Shown here: positions 10,028-19,449 of the stretch, in pieces
Layout: each line of letters opens with the position of its first letter
Numbering within the stretch: the first letter of the stretch is position 1
Source: a virus
Virus record (IMG/VR): IMGVR_UViG_3300034103_000446
Coordinates: 39,063-103,062 of that record
Reading direction: 5' to 3' (one strand)
Length of the DNA stretch: 64,000 nucleotides
Program-made: the position numbers and the translations under genes
The notes under the pieces: generated by a model
What the model saw: only the letters and a program-made list of their open reading frames with translations
Database searches by the model: none
What the model was told of the DNA's origin: nothing

Positions 10028-11368
10028 TTAATCCTTAGGTTCTTCTCTTAATCGTTTAGAGACTTCTACACGTATCTTGTCTGCTACTGTCTTAGAAGTG
10101 TTAGTAGTCAATATCTTAAAGTTATGATCTACTATGGGTTTTACTCTACGCTTAAAGTCTAATATTTGTTCTGGTGTCCAGCTAGCAATTTCTTTACAAA
10201 CTTTTACAATCTCAAACAGTCTGCGTTTAGGGTCTTCAATTTCATCATATGATTCATCCCAGAAGTCATCAAACGTTTGGAATCCAAACTCACGCAATGT
10301 TCGCAACGCACCTGCAGTTCCCACCATGATGAACGGGTGCTTTTCTTTGGCAGGCTTCCATGTCTTTTCAGTTGCTGTTAGCTCAGTCAACTCAAAGTTA
10401 GTTTCAGTGATAATACTGACTAAGCTGTTCTGATAGAAGGGTCTGGCTGCAGCATCAAAGTCGCCACACATTCTTTGTATCTCTGTTTCGCCATCGATTT
10501 CTAACGGTAACTTTGACATGAATTTTGCTACATCAGTGTTGCCTATTTGTAACATTGGGTTAGAATACAAATCAACTGTAGTCTTAAAATGAACACTGTT
10601 CATCTCGGGATCAGTCAAGTTCATACTGTAATAACTACGATCAACGATGCCGGCTTTATCTAATGCCAATGCGAGATGTGTGCGGTGCGGCCTAAATCTA
10701 CGGTTCCAGCATAAGAATACTTTTTCAGGCACTGTGCCGATATCGTATTCAGGCTCAGGAGTGTTCTGTAACTGTAATGATAATGCATGTTGTGATATAG
10801 GGAAAGGTATCATTATCATACGATGCATTGGATCATCGGGGATTCCATTTCGATTACACCAGTTGTTGTATAATTCTTCTGCGTTCATGCAACCAGTAAT
10901 GTATATGACCTTACCCATTGGAATTCTATTGTAATGTCCAAAGTAGGCATGCATTGCACGTAACTGTCCATCTTGTACCCATGCTTCAGGTGCGTAGTCA
11001 ATTAAGAAGAAGCCATTACGATCTCTGACTTGATGTGTTATGTGGTTTGGAGTATGACTAAACTCTAATAGGCCGCCACCGTTCAAGAAATAGTTCTGAA
11101 ATTGTATACGCCACGCTAATGTATAAGGATATATGAATGATTCATGTTCTTCTAAACCAAATGTAGAACTCAACGGATGATTTCCGTTGTGCATAAACAC
11201 TCGCCAATATATATCATCTGCCCAAAAGAAATTACTACCATGTGCGTCGGTGCTTTCACCCACGCTAGCGTAACTCATGATGTTAGGCAACTCTGTGTTC
11301 ACCATTGGACCTCTTGGTCCTATCCAACTATATACGATCTTTAGTGGGTCTTTTTCATTTAACTGCAT
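10028..11368 (-). CDS. GT10-like 'TEK' domain protein
   Basis: FLCWNRRFRPHR, SIITET, ATEKTWKPAKEKHPF, GFQTFDDFWDESYD. Confidence 0.6.
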   Translation of the reverse strand: MQLNEKDPLKIVYSWIGPRGPMVNTELPNIMSYASVGESTDAHGSNFFWADDIYWRVFMHNGNHPLSSTFGLEEHESFIYPYTLAWRIQFQNYFLNGGGLLEFSHTPNHITHQVRDRNGFFLIDYAPEAWVQDGQLRAMHAYFGHYNRIPMGKVIYITGCMNAEELYNNWCNRNGIPDDPMHRMIMIPFPISQHALSLQLQNTPEPEYDIGTVPEKVFLCWNRRFRPHRTHLALALDKAGIVDRSYYSMNLTDPEMNSVHFKTTVDLYSNPMLQIGNTDVAKFMSKLPLEIDGETEIQRMCGDFDAAARPFYQNSLVSIITETNFELTELTATEKTWKPAKEKHPFIMVGTAGALRTLREFGFQTFDDFWDESYDEIEDPKRRLFEIVKVCKEIASWTPEQILDFKRRVKPIVDHNFKILTTNTSKTVADKIRVEVSKRLREEPKD

Positions 11369-12347
11369 TTTTTTCTAACCAATCGCCATCAAATTTAGGA
11401 ATAATAATGTCTGTTCCACAATGACAGTGTTCTTTCTCACATATGATTTGTTTAGGGCCGACACGATTAATATCATCTAGTATATGACCTACATACCCAC
11501 CCATGCCGCAACTTGCAAGACTCATCTCGCCGACTGGATTGATAAAGATGCAATCACCCACGTTGCAACTCCATCCATTGAAGAAGTTGTTTCCTGCTAC
11601 AATAACTTCGTTGCTGTTACACACTTCGGTAGAATTGTCTTCATACTTATTGTAACTTACTGTCAATGTAGTACGCTTCATAGGCTTACGCTTAGTCTGC
11701 TGAATCTCTGTAGTATGCTCACGTAACCATGCTTCTTTAGCAGGATCTTTGTAGTGCCATGGGCCGGTGTTGACTGACATTTCATCAAACAACGGAGTCC
11801 ACTCTAAGAAGTAATTAGGCATCACTGTCTTCATATGATTGCCGAAATCAACTACTTCCCAGAATCTTTCTTCATGCATCAACATCTTAGTAGAAAGATA
11901 GTTTACCTTATCACACAAGAAGATAGAGTTTTCCTCATAACGCTCTTTGTCAGCAAACTCTATGTGAAAGCTTGCAACCACATCATCAAAAAGATGATAG
12001 TGTTTCTTCCACCATTCTAATGGACGACTCAAGTTAGTGTTAACTGCAAGAGTAGCACGAGGTAGTTTTTCGTAAATCCATTCACAGATAGGAATAAAGT
12101 TCTTCCAGGCTGTAGGTTCTCCGCCGCTGAAGAAGAACTTAAAGTTCTTATACCCTGCACTCTTATAGCGATTGATAATCGTTTCTAAGTTATTTAGGTA
12201 TATGTCTAAGTTACCTTCGTTGCGGTCAGTGCCTCCCCAGTTGCCAGGATTACAATAACTGCACTTGTAGTTGCAGAAATTGTTTACTTGCCATGTTATT
12301 GCGAGATAGGGCTGGGGAGCCTCAATCGCTATTAGCTTCTTGCCCAA
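11355..12347 (-). CDS. Radical SAM protein with C-terminal Cys-rich (SPASM-like) domain
   Basis: CNYKCSYC, SGGEPT, NTN; C-terminal CNVG..SC..ICEKEHCHC. Confidence 0.88.
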   Translation of the reverse strand: MGKKLIAIEAPQPYLAITWQVNNFCNYKCSYCNPGNWGGTDRNEGNLDIYLNNLETIINRYKSAGYKNFKFFFSGGEPTAWKNFIPICEWIYEKLPRATLAVNTNLSRPLEWWKKHYHLFDDVVASFHIEFADKERYEENSIFLCDKVNYLSTKMLMHEERFWEVVDFGNHMKTVMPNYFLEWTPLFDEMSVNTGPWHYKDPAKEAWLREHTTEIQQTKRKPMKRTTLTVSYNKYEDNSTEVCNSNEVIVAGNNFFNGWSCNVGDCIFINPVGEMSLASCGMGGYVGHILDDINRVGPKQIICEKEHCHCGTDIIIPKFDGDWLEKNAVK

Positions 12348-13603
12348 TCAAACACCTCTTTTAGTTCTGGAATAACTTCTTCCAATTTCTCGCCCCTAAA
12401 GTCATCTAGTTCTTCATTGAACTTGATAAACTCTTGGATGCCACCTTTGTTCTCATCACCAACTGTCAAGTTGTAGATAATCATCTTGAATCCGTTATAG
12501 ATATCAATGTTATCTTTATAACGGTTCTGATAGACACGATACAATTCAGCGAGTCTTCGCTTTACACTAGCGGGTAGGATCATAATGTTAGCATACCAGG
12601 GGTTGGTAGCTAAATTAAAGCGTGGGCTAGATTTAGTATCAATAAACCCTTCATTGATCATGTAGTCAAAGAAGTCAGGAAAAGTAAACACATTCCAAAT
12701 ACTGATGGTTGGAGTAATCTGAAATTCAGCATGCGGCACTTGCTCTTTTACTAACTTGATATTACTAACAATACGATCCCAATCTGTACCCTTTCTGATA
12801 CATTCAGCAACATCACCGTGTGCGTCAAGTGATGCCCAAATTTTCAGTTTAGGAAATTTCTTCCAATACGCAATCAAGTCAACATCTTTCTTATACTTCA
12901 AGCTACTAAAGTTTGTTGTATAAGTCAGTTCCACTTGATCCGTTAATCCGTTCTCAATCCAGTAGTCTAAGCATTCATAATGCTCAGGGGTAATAATGAT
13001 TTCACCACCTGCAAAGTAAACTTCTGTAACGTCTTTGAGATATGGCTTGAGTTTGGCCATGAATCCCATTTCTTCTGCTGAATTGATAACAATCTTAGTG
13101 GTCTTAAAGTATTTCTCATAGTTGTCCATACCAACACGGTCAACAAACTCTTGTGCCCATTGACTAGAGCAACCAGGGCCGCAACTACGGCACTTCATGT
13201 TACAGATGCTACTAAAGCGCAAGTCCATGTACTTCATTTCAAAGTCAATTAACTTGCCGTCTTCCATGGTGTTCTCTGCGATGTAATTCACATATTCTAG
13301 GCCCTTGCGTTTGTTGTGAGACTGTCGCATTGTCCATGTGCCCATCAGTTCTAGATCATAACAACGCTTACATGCTTCAACTGGCTCATCGTTCATCATA
13401 GCAGTGCGTAATTTTTTGTAATCTACACTGTTCATCATATTAATGATTGATTCTCCGTCTTTTAAGTCTGCAACAGGCATGTTGCTATCTGCAATACAGC
13501 AAGGCATTACTCGACCGTCAGGCCAGCTATGAAAGTGAACCCAGGGTAGTACACAGAAATGCTTTCCGTGCTTAACTAAGTTTTCTACTGTTACGTTATC
13601 CAT
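12332..13603 (-). CDS. Radical SAM protein with N-terminal Twitch/SPASM-like domain
   Basis: N-terminal FCVLPW..PCC..CKRC precedes CNMKCRSC, AGGE, YTTN and SLD. Confidence 0.88.
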   Translation of the reverse strand: MDNVTVENLVKHGKHFCVLPWVHFHSWPDGRVMPCCIADSNMPVADLKDGESIINMMNSVDYKKLRTAMMNDEPVEACKRCYDLELMGTWTMRQSHNKRKGLEYVNYIAENTMEDGKLIDFEMKYMDLRFSSICNMKCRSCGPGCSSQWAQEFVDRVGMDNYEKYFKTTKIVINSAEEMGFMAKLKPYLKDVTEVYFAGGEIIITPEHYECLDYWIENGLTDQVELTYTTNFSSLKYKKDVDLIAYWKKFPKLKIWASLDAHGDVAECIRKGTDWDRIVSNIKLVKEQVPHAEFQITPTISIWNVFTFPDFFDYMINEGFIDTKSSPRFNLATNPWYANIMILPASVKRRLAELYRVYQNRYKDNIDIYNGFKMIIYNLTVGDENKGGIQEFIKFNEELDDFRGEKLEEVIPELKEVFDWARS

Positions 13604-13608
13604 CTTGA

Positions 13609-14838
13609 TTACTCCAATAATTCAGATAATTTATTTAACTCGGGGAATGTTTTCCAGAAACTTTCCTCACGTATTCTGTCGAGTGATTTGGTATGTCCTA
13701 AGAACTGAGTCTTAACTTCACTCCAACTGTCACTCTCGTTTGCAAAATTTACAGCATCACGCACCAATCGTGATAAGCTAGTGCCGTCGTTGTCGTTGGC
13801 ATCTGCCCATTTTAATGCTTTTTCTTCTGCTAATGGCTTCAATGATTTTGGTAAGCTTTTTGCGCTGTAATACAACGGATGGACTGCTAGATACAAACTA
13901 TGATACCAATCTTCTCGTCTAATGATATTTTTATCCTTAAGATACTGATAGAACTCGCCGATTGTCAAGTAGTTAAAGATTGAGAACACCGTATTCATTT
14001 GAAAACTAACATAATCTAAGTCTCTAAACGTCAACAAGTTGCTTTCAACTTTGCCCCAATCAGTGCCCGAACGTAATAATTCAGCACGTTCACCATAATG
14101 ATCTATTGAACAACTCAATTCAACCTTTTTAAAGTGTTTCCAAAGATCAAGTACATCATGGTTCTTATACTTGATATTACTAGCATTTGTATTGTAGCGT
14201 AATGTTACATCAGTGCGACCCTTACGAATCATTTCTTCTAGTATAACATAGTGTTCTTCTGTAATCAAGGGCTCTCCACCCGCAAAGTACGCTAGGTCTA
14301 TGTGTTCTACTTGATCCAATACTTCTTCTAGAACTTTACCCTTACCATCATCCACGTGAATAACAATTGGGTGATCCTTGTCGTAATTCTTGTTCATCTC
14401 TAGTCCCCACTGACTAGAAAACTCTGAACCGCATGTACGACATTTGAAGTTACAAATGTTACTGAATCTGATATCAAAGTAACGCATCTTAAACTCGTCA
14501 ACCGTTCCATCTTTTTGGGTAGTGGGCACAACTTCGTCATAATACTTGCCAAAGTGTTCTTTACTATAGTTACGGAAACTGTGCGGACCTGCTTCTTCAT
14601 GTTGATAACAGAACTTGCATATTTCATTCTTACGCTCGTTTAGCATATCCAATCTAAGTTCTTTCATCTTAGGACTATTGAATGCTTGTTCGAGGGTAAT
14701 CTCTTTTGTGTTACCAAAAGGTTTGGTGTAATCGTTTGAACAGCAAGGATAGATGTCACCTTTAGGAGTCACATTTAAGTGAAGCCACGGGAACATACAA
14801 AATGTCTTGCTGTCGTTTAATAATTGGTCTTTGTTCAT
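13609..14838 (-). CDS. Radical SAM protein with N-terminal Twitch/SPASM-like domain
   Basis: FCMFPW..PCC..CKFC precedes CNFKCRTC, AGGEP, YNTN and SID; paralogue of 12332-13603. Confidence 0.88.
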   Translation of the reverse strand: MNKDQLLNDSKTFCMFPWLHLNVTPKGDIYPCCSNDYTKPFGNTKEITLEQAFNSPKMKELRLDMLNERKNEICKFCYQHEEAGPHSFRNYSKEHFGKYYDEVVPTTQKDGTVDEFKMRYFDIRFSNICNFKCRTCGSEFSSQWGLEMNKNYDKDHPIVIHVDDGKGKVLEEVLDQVEHIDLAYFAGGEPLITEEHYVILEEMIRKGRTDVTLRYNTNASNIKYKNHDVLDLWKHFKKVELSCSIDHYGERAELLRSGTDWGKVESNLLTFRDLDYVSFQMNTVFSIFNYLTIGEFYQYLKDKNIIRREDWYHSLYLAVHPLYYSAKSLPKSLKPLAEEKALKWADANDNDGTSLSRLVRDAVNFANESDSWSEVKTQFLGHTKSLDRIREESFWKTFPELNKLSELLE

Positions 14839-16244
14839 TTAAATGGGTTCAGTTGGTTTGTTTCTTGGCACAGTCTGTAGAAGCCCAGCATCTCAGGGAA
14901 CACTGATAGCATGTCTGCTTCTCGGCGCTCATCTAATTCATTGAACCAATTATAGAAGTCTCTGCGACCTTCGATTAGTTTTTCTTCAGGGTAAACAGTC
15001 TCAGCCATGTAATCTACTACACGCTTGAACTTTTCATATTCTATTGAGCTAAATGCATCACTGCGTTTGTCATCAGTGTTAGCCTTCATATACTCCAATG
15101 CCTCATACATATAGGGCATGAATTCTTCTTTGGGAAGGATGTTCATATCATATTGAATAGGATCACGTAGATATGGGGTATCAAAACGCACACGATGTTG
15201 TGGGTTGACCGGGTCATCATACCATCCGTATATCTTGCGCCACTCAATAAACTTCTCCAAGAAGCTTTTGAATGTAGTCACTGAGAAGATGTTGAACGTA
15301 ATCATAAACGTGATCGGACTATCAGTTCCTTTAAGATATGTGTGGAAGTTCTGTTCCCATAGCTCTAAATCTAAGCCTGTACGAATGTATTCAGCACGAG
15401 GGCCCCATGTATCTAGGCTAGTAAATAGTTTGAAACTTTTGATCTTGCCCTCGTCAGTAAGCTTTTTAACTTTCTCTGCAAGACGCTCAATAAGAATAGG
15501 CTTAGTACCTAAGTTACTGTTAATGTTCAACTCTAACCAGGGCATTGGATCTTCATCAATTTTTTCTAGCAATGTCCATGTTGAACGATGTAGTGTAGGT
15601 TCTCCACCGGTAACACGTAAGATGTTCAGTGTCTTGCGCATCTCAGGCCACCATTCCCAGAATGCATCAACATATGGGTTATCATCTTCACGTTGATACA
15701 ATCGCATCCAATCTATATCACAACGATGGTTCTTAACTGATGTTACAGGGCCGTTTTGTTCAATCTCTTTGTAGAAGCTTGTGCTATACTTAGGGTGGCA
15801 GTAGCCGCACTTGAAGTTACATTCGTTACCGAAGTTGATTTCGATGTACTCGGGGTTGATGTTTTGATTCCACGGACCCTTTGCTGTTTGTTCATATCGT
15901 TCATCAGTAAAGATACTTGCGTTACGAATGTGACGGTCACTGATGTAATCCGGACCCATTGCCTCGATGTTCCAGCAATACTGACAACCAGTAGGCTTAC
16001 CACCGTCAAGCATTAGTTTACGTTCTTCTTTCTTCTGCTGTGTGTTATGAAGTGCAGAAGGGTTATCATATAATTCTTCTAAAGGAATTTTATGAGGTTG
16101 AGGATGGTAACAACTATGAGTCTCTCCTGATTGCAAATACATTGTTACATGATGCCATTTAGCAAGGCAAAATGTAGGACCAGTCTCGTTTTCGATCTTA
16201 ATCCTAATGTCTTTGATTCTTTTTTGTTCGTGACTCTCGCTCAT
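14835..16244 (-). CDS. Radical SAM protein with N-terminal Twitch-like domain
   Basis: FCLAKW..SCYH..CQYC precedes CNFKCGYC and TGGEPT. Start likely ATG 16244 (TAATG overlap) rather than 16250. Confidence 0.85.
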   Translation of the reverse strand: MSESHEQKRIKDIRIKIENETGPTFCLAKWHHVTMYLQSGETHSCYHPQPHKIPLEELYDNPSALHNTQQKKEERKLMLDGGKPTGCQYCWNIEAMGPDYISDRHIRNASIFTDERYEQTAKGPWNQNINPEYIEINFGNECNFKCGYCHPKYSTSFYKEIEQNGPVTSVKNHRCDIDWMRLYQREDDNPYVDAFWEWWPEMRKTLNILRVTGGEPTLHRSTWTLLEKIDEDPMPWLELNINSNLGTKPILIERLAEKVKKLTDEGKIKSFKLFTSLDTWGPRAEYIRTGLDLELWEQNFHTYLKGTDSPITFMITFNIFSVTTFKSFLEKFIEWRKIYGWYDDPVNPQHRVRFDTPYLRDPIQYDMNILPKEEFMPYMYEALEYMKANTDDKRSDAFSSIEYEKFKRVVDYMAETVYPEEKLIEGRRDFYNWFNELDERREADMLSVFPEMLGFYRLCQETNQLNPFK

Positions 16245-17197
16245 TACCATCCTTCAATTTTTCGAATTACTTCCATCTCGGTGACTAGAGGGCCTTGATT
16301 GTGATAATCAGATTGATAGTGACGTTTGAAGAACTTACTTTGTTCAGGGCTTAATGTACACATAGGCAATCCTAATTTAGCATACAATGCTTCGCCAATC
16401 AACTCTGATTGTTTCATCGGATCTTTTAATTCATGTTCTTCCCATAACACTGGATAGTTATCAAACCATTGCACATTATGACAATCCCATTCAGTTAGCA
16501 TCGTCATGTATGTTCCAAGACGAGCGCCATAGATAGCCCAGATACCGTTCTCAACATCTGCACCGACGTTCTGCCAAATAGTTAAGTTATTTAGATTGCG
16601 ACTTGCAACCCGTTCTTTGAACTCAGTAGCATCCGGCTTCTCACCCTTGTCAAGAACCATCTTGACCCCTTCACGAAACCCTGCACGCCATGCTTGAAAT
16701 GGTGTATGATTGGGATAGGTTGTGCTGTAGCAGTCATACATCGCCCAGTACAAGTTGTCTTTACTATCTAAGCAGAAGTCAGCAATGCGTGAACTATCAC
16801 CGTCTTTCTGTGCTTCATGCGTTTTCATGTTAGCAACATAAGTCTTTGTCCAAGAACTCATACCACCATTACCATAACGCAACCCATTAATAGCATTGAC
16901 TGCTTTCCAGCGAAATTGTGCTTTATAGTATGATGGATCTCGGCCCGTGAAGTCAAGTTGCATATTGAAGAACGATTCGTCGGGCATGTTGTCCCCGTCA
17001 ATCAATATGAATCGCTCAGTGTCGCTAGCGGCGCCGGCAGCTTTGTGGGCAGCATCAGAGCCTTTGACCCCGTCTACACGCTTGGCCCAAGGGACCATGT
17101 TCTTAATCTTTAGCCAGAATTCTTCTTTTTGTGGCTCGTCATAGCTTAGGTAGATGCAGTCCAAATCTGCTACATCAACAATATCATTTAAGCTCAT
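16244..17197 (-). CDS. Putative GT-A-fold glycosyltransferase-like protein
   Basis: YLSYDEP, RVDGVKGSDAAHKAA, FILIDGDN (DxD after a hydrophobic strand), YGNGG. Confidence 0.5.
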   Translation of the reverse strand: MSLNDIVDVADLDCIYLSYDEPQKEEFWLKIKNMVPWAKRVDGVKGSDAAHKAAGAASDTERFILIDGDNMPDESFFNMQLDFTGRDPSYYKAQFRWKAVNAINGLRYGNGGMSSWTKTYVANMKTHEAQKDGDSSRIADFCLDSKDNLYWAMYDCYSTTYPNHTPFQAWRAGFREGVKMVLDKGEKPDATEFKERVASRNLNNLTIWQNVGADVENGIWAIYGARLGTYMTMLTEWDCHNVQWFDNYPVLWEEHELKDPMKQSELIGEALYAKLGLPMCTLSPEQSKFFKRHYQSDYHNQGPLVTEMEVIRKIEGW

Positions 17198-17534
17198 AAG
17201 TGTTTAGTTTCCATCTAATAATGTTATCACCTTCTGACGAAACTAAACTAATATCTTCTGCTTCACATATCTGACCTTGAGTGATATGAGGCATGAGTTT
17301 AGAAACAATTGCATGGTTACTGGCAGTAGAAATTTTACCGTTAATGATTCGAATATCAGGGCGTGCCTGTGCAAAAGTAATAGCGTCAACTATCAGATAA
17401 GTACCTTCGGGTTTCTCGCAAGTATAGCAAGTGACTCGACCAGTATCTTCATCATAATATAGACGAAACTCCGGAACTTCAATCTTGGGTGCTTCCCAAA
17501 GAATTAGTACTTCATCTTGTGTAGTTTCAGTCAT
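17184..17534 (-). CDS. Hypothetical protein (116 aa)
   Basis: Overlaps both neighbours in the operon; no recognisable motif. Confidence 0.6.
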   Translation of the reverse strand: MTETTQDEVLILWEAPKIEVPEFRLYYDEDTGRVTCYTCEKPEGTYLIVDAITFAQARPDIRIINGKISTASNHAIVSKLMPHITQGQICEAEDISLVSSEGDNIIRWKLNTYELK

Positions 17535-18330
17535 AGGCTTTTAGTATTTTATTAGAAAATGTCTTCACATGATAGTGAAAAGGGTAAAGCTGGGGGCAAG
17601 AATTAATTCTCAATGTGTGAGGTAATATTTCATACACTAATGCATCAGTCCAATCTTCAGTGGGAAGATTGTTAATCAACCGTTTCATATGAACCATGCT
17701 CATTTCATCAAAGTTAGGCAATGTGCAATTTTCTACTCCCATAACATGTGTAGCATATGCGTATACCCAATCAGTAGTTGCCTCTTCATATGGGCTGCAT
17801 TTGAGTGTGGACCTAAACTCAGACCAATTCTCAAACACATACCGAACTGTTTCAAAGAACTTCTTAGCAGTCTCTGACTTCTTAAAATATGTAATTGCGT
17901 TGTACGTATCGGGTAACTTGTTATCATCAATGAATCTACGATAGACCCGTGATGGACTTATCTCTTGTTTGAAATCTCTAATCTTAGTTGAGATTACCAA
18001 ATCACGATGCTTCAACGCATCCCACCAATAGTCGATTGATCTAGGAAGATATATGTCTGCTTCTAGTTTTATAGTGTACTCATATGGGCTAGCGTCATAT
18101 ACTTGCCAATCATTGTTCAACTTCCAAAAGCTTTTAGGTGATTGATCTCCGTAAGGCAAGGGTATGATTTTATCATAGAGTGCAGTGTTTTTAATCTTAT
18201 TGTTCGTGATGATTGACACTTTAGCATCAGGCATTGTGCGTTTTATGCTCTTTGCTAATGCTTCTGCGCATTTCTGATAAGTGTCTAATGTGCCACCATC
18301 TTGTGCAACGATAACGAAACCTTTATCCAT
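17527..18330 (-). CDS. GT-A (GT8-like) glycosyltransferase, ExD variant
   Basis: A.ALAKSIK..V.IIT, SPYEYTIKLEAD and late VHMK; paralogue of the upstream gene. Confidence 0.6.
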   Translation of the reverse strand: MDKGFVIVAQDGGTLDTYQKCAEALAKSIKRTMPDAKVSIITNNKIKNTALYDKIIPLPYGDQSPKSFWKLNNDWQVYDASPYEYTIKLEADIYLPRSIDYWWDALKHRDLVISTKIRDFKQEISPSRVYRRFIDDNKLPDTYNAITYFKKSETAKKFFETVRYVFENWSEFRSTLKCSPYEEATTDWVYAYATHVMGVENCTLPNFDEMSMVHMKRLINNLPTEDWTDALVYEILPHTLRINSCPQLYPFHYHVKTFSNKILKAYD

Positions 18331-19132
18331 TTTTTATTAACTCCAAAAAGTTTTCTTTGTTCATCACATGGAAGTCAGTGTCTTTGATATTGATATACTC
18401 TTTGCGAATTTTACCACGCTGCCAGTTGTCAAACATAACAGTGTATTCAGTATTGAATTCTGTTTCTTTATCGGCATACACTGATGTGTTCTTACCAACA
18501 TGAAGTAGGTTCCATGGGATAATATCTGACTCATGGTTCACATGTCCGTTGGCTATACGTAATGCTAATGTCAATGCGTAGTCATTTCTATATACACCTG
18601 CGATAAAGCTATGAATGTTTGCATAGTGTTCATAGTTCTTTTGAACCATTTCTAAACATTCAAATATCTGCTTTGCTCGGTTTGTTTTTCTAAATGTGAT
18701 TACAGTGGCCCACAATGTATTGAAGCTATAAGCACTTAATACTTCTTGCGGGGCTTTTGGATGCATCAAGAATGATGTAGTATCGTGACAGCAGAAGTCT
18801 TCACAAATATCAAAGGTACTTAATAACCTATTGCTATTAACCACATAGTCAGTGTCTAATAGCAATGTTTCATCATACGGACTTAAGTCATATGCTTGAT
18901 ATCTACCTTTGTTAATCCACACTACATAGTCTCGAATGTTGTTCTTGTCTGGTTCTACAACAATCGTATTGTCAAACATGTAGGTGGAATTCTTTGGTAT
19001 GCTGGATTCATCAGTAACTATTGTTACTGGAAGTCCCAAAAAATGATTTATTCTCTTTGCAGTGTACTCCGCCATAGCGTAGTAATTGTATTTGGGTGAG
19101 TTAAACGCAAAGAGTAGTGCGCCTCTATTCAT
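18323..19132 (-). CDS. GT-A (GT8-like) glycosyltransferase
   Basis: SPYDETLLLDTD (DxD), RNDYA, DFHVMNK. Start moved to ATG 19132 (ATGA overlap with the upstream stop). Confidence 0.65.
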   Translation of the reverse strand: MNRGALLFAFNSPKYNYYAMAEYTAKRINHFLGLPVTIVTDESSIPKNSTYMFDNTIVVEPDKNNIRDYVVWINKGRYQAYDLSPYDETLLLDTDYVVNSNRLLSTFDICEDFCCHDTTSFLMHPKAPQEVLSAYSFNTLWATVITFRKTNRAKQIFECLEMVQKNYEHYANIHSFIAGVYRNDYALTLALRIANGHVNHESDIIPWNLLHVGKNTSVYADKETEFNTEYTVMFDNWQRGKIRKEYINIKDTDFHVMNKENFLELIKNG

Positions 19133-19434
19133 CGTTTTTTCTCTAACTCTGCCCATTCATTTAGCCACTCACGCATTACAGATTCGTAAGTTTCATTAAG
19201 TTTAGCTAAAAGTTCTGTACGATTTACCTCAACTGGATTTTCAAAACTGTCAACTAAGATGACAGTTTCTGATTGAGAATTGTTTAAAAAATTGATTGTT
19301 TGGAGATTTGCTCTCCAAAGCCCGCCTTGCTCTGCAACAATTAAGCGTGTTTCATACTTTTCTTTTAGATATGATTTGGCAGCGTTGTGGCTAAAGCGGG
19401 CTTTAGCATCGCTAATTAAAGTTTTTGTGTCCAT
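19129..19434 (-). CDS. Hypothetical protein (101 aa), first gene of the modification operon
   Basis: AGGAG RBS at 19441-19445 and a late-promoter motif upstream. Confidence 0.7.
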   Translation of the reverse strand: MDTKTLISDAKARFSHNAAKSYLKEKYETRLIVAEQGGLWRANLQTINFLNNSQSETVILVDSFENPVEVNRTELLAKLNETYESVMREWLNEWAELEKKR

Positions 19435-19449
19435 AGATCACTCCTAAGA

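Noticed and set aside
10134-17944. Plus-strand ORFs up to 163 aa (e.g. 15205..15696) as possible RiPP precursors for the radical SAM enzymes
   Set aside because: They are antisense to well-supported genes, have no evident RBS or promoter, and show no precursor-like leader/core pattern.
1-19434. Assignment to a eukaryotic giant virus or a bacterial LPS/capsule locus
   Set aside because: The cluster is contiguous with baseplate, gp55 and gp46/47 genes, shares their promoter motif, and has no flippase, polymerase or export genes.
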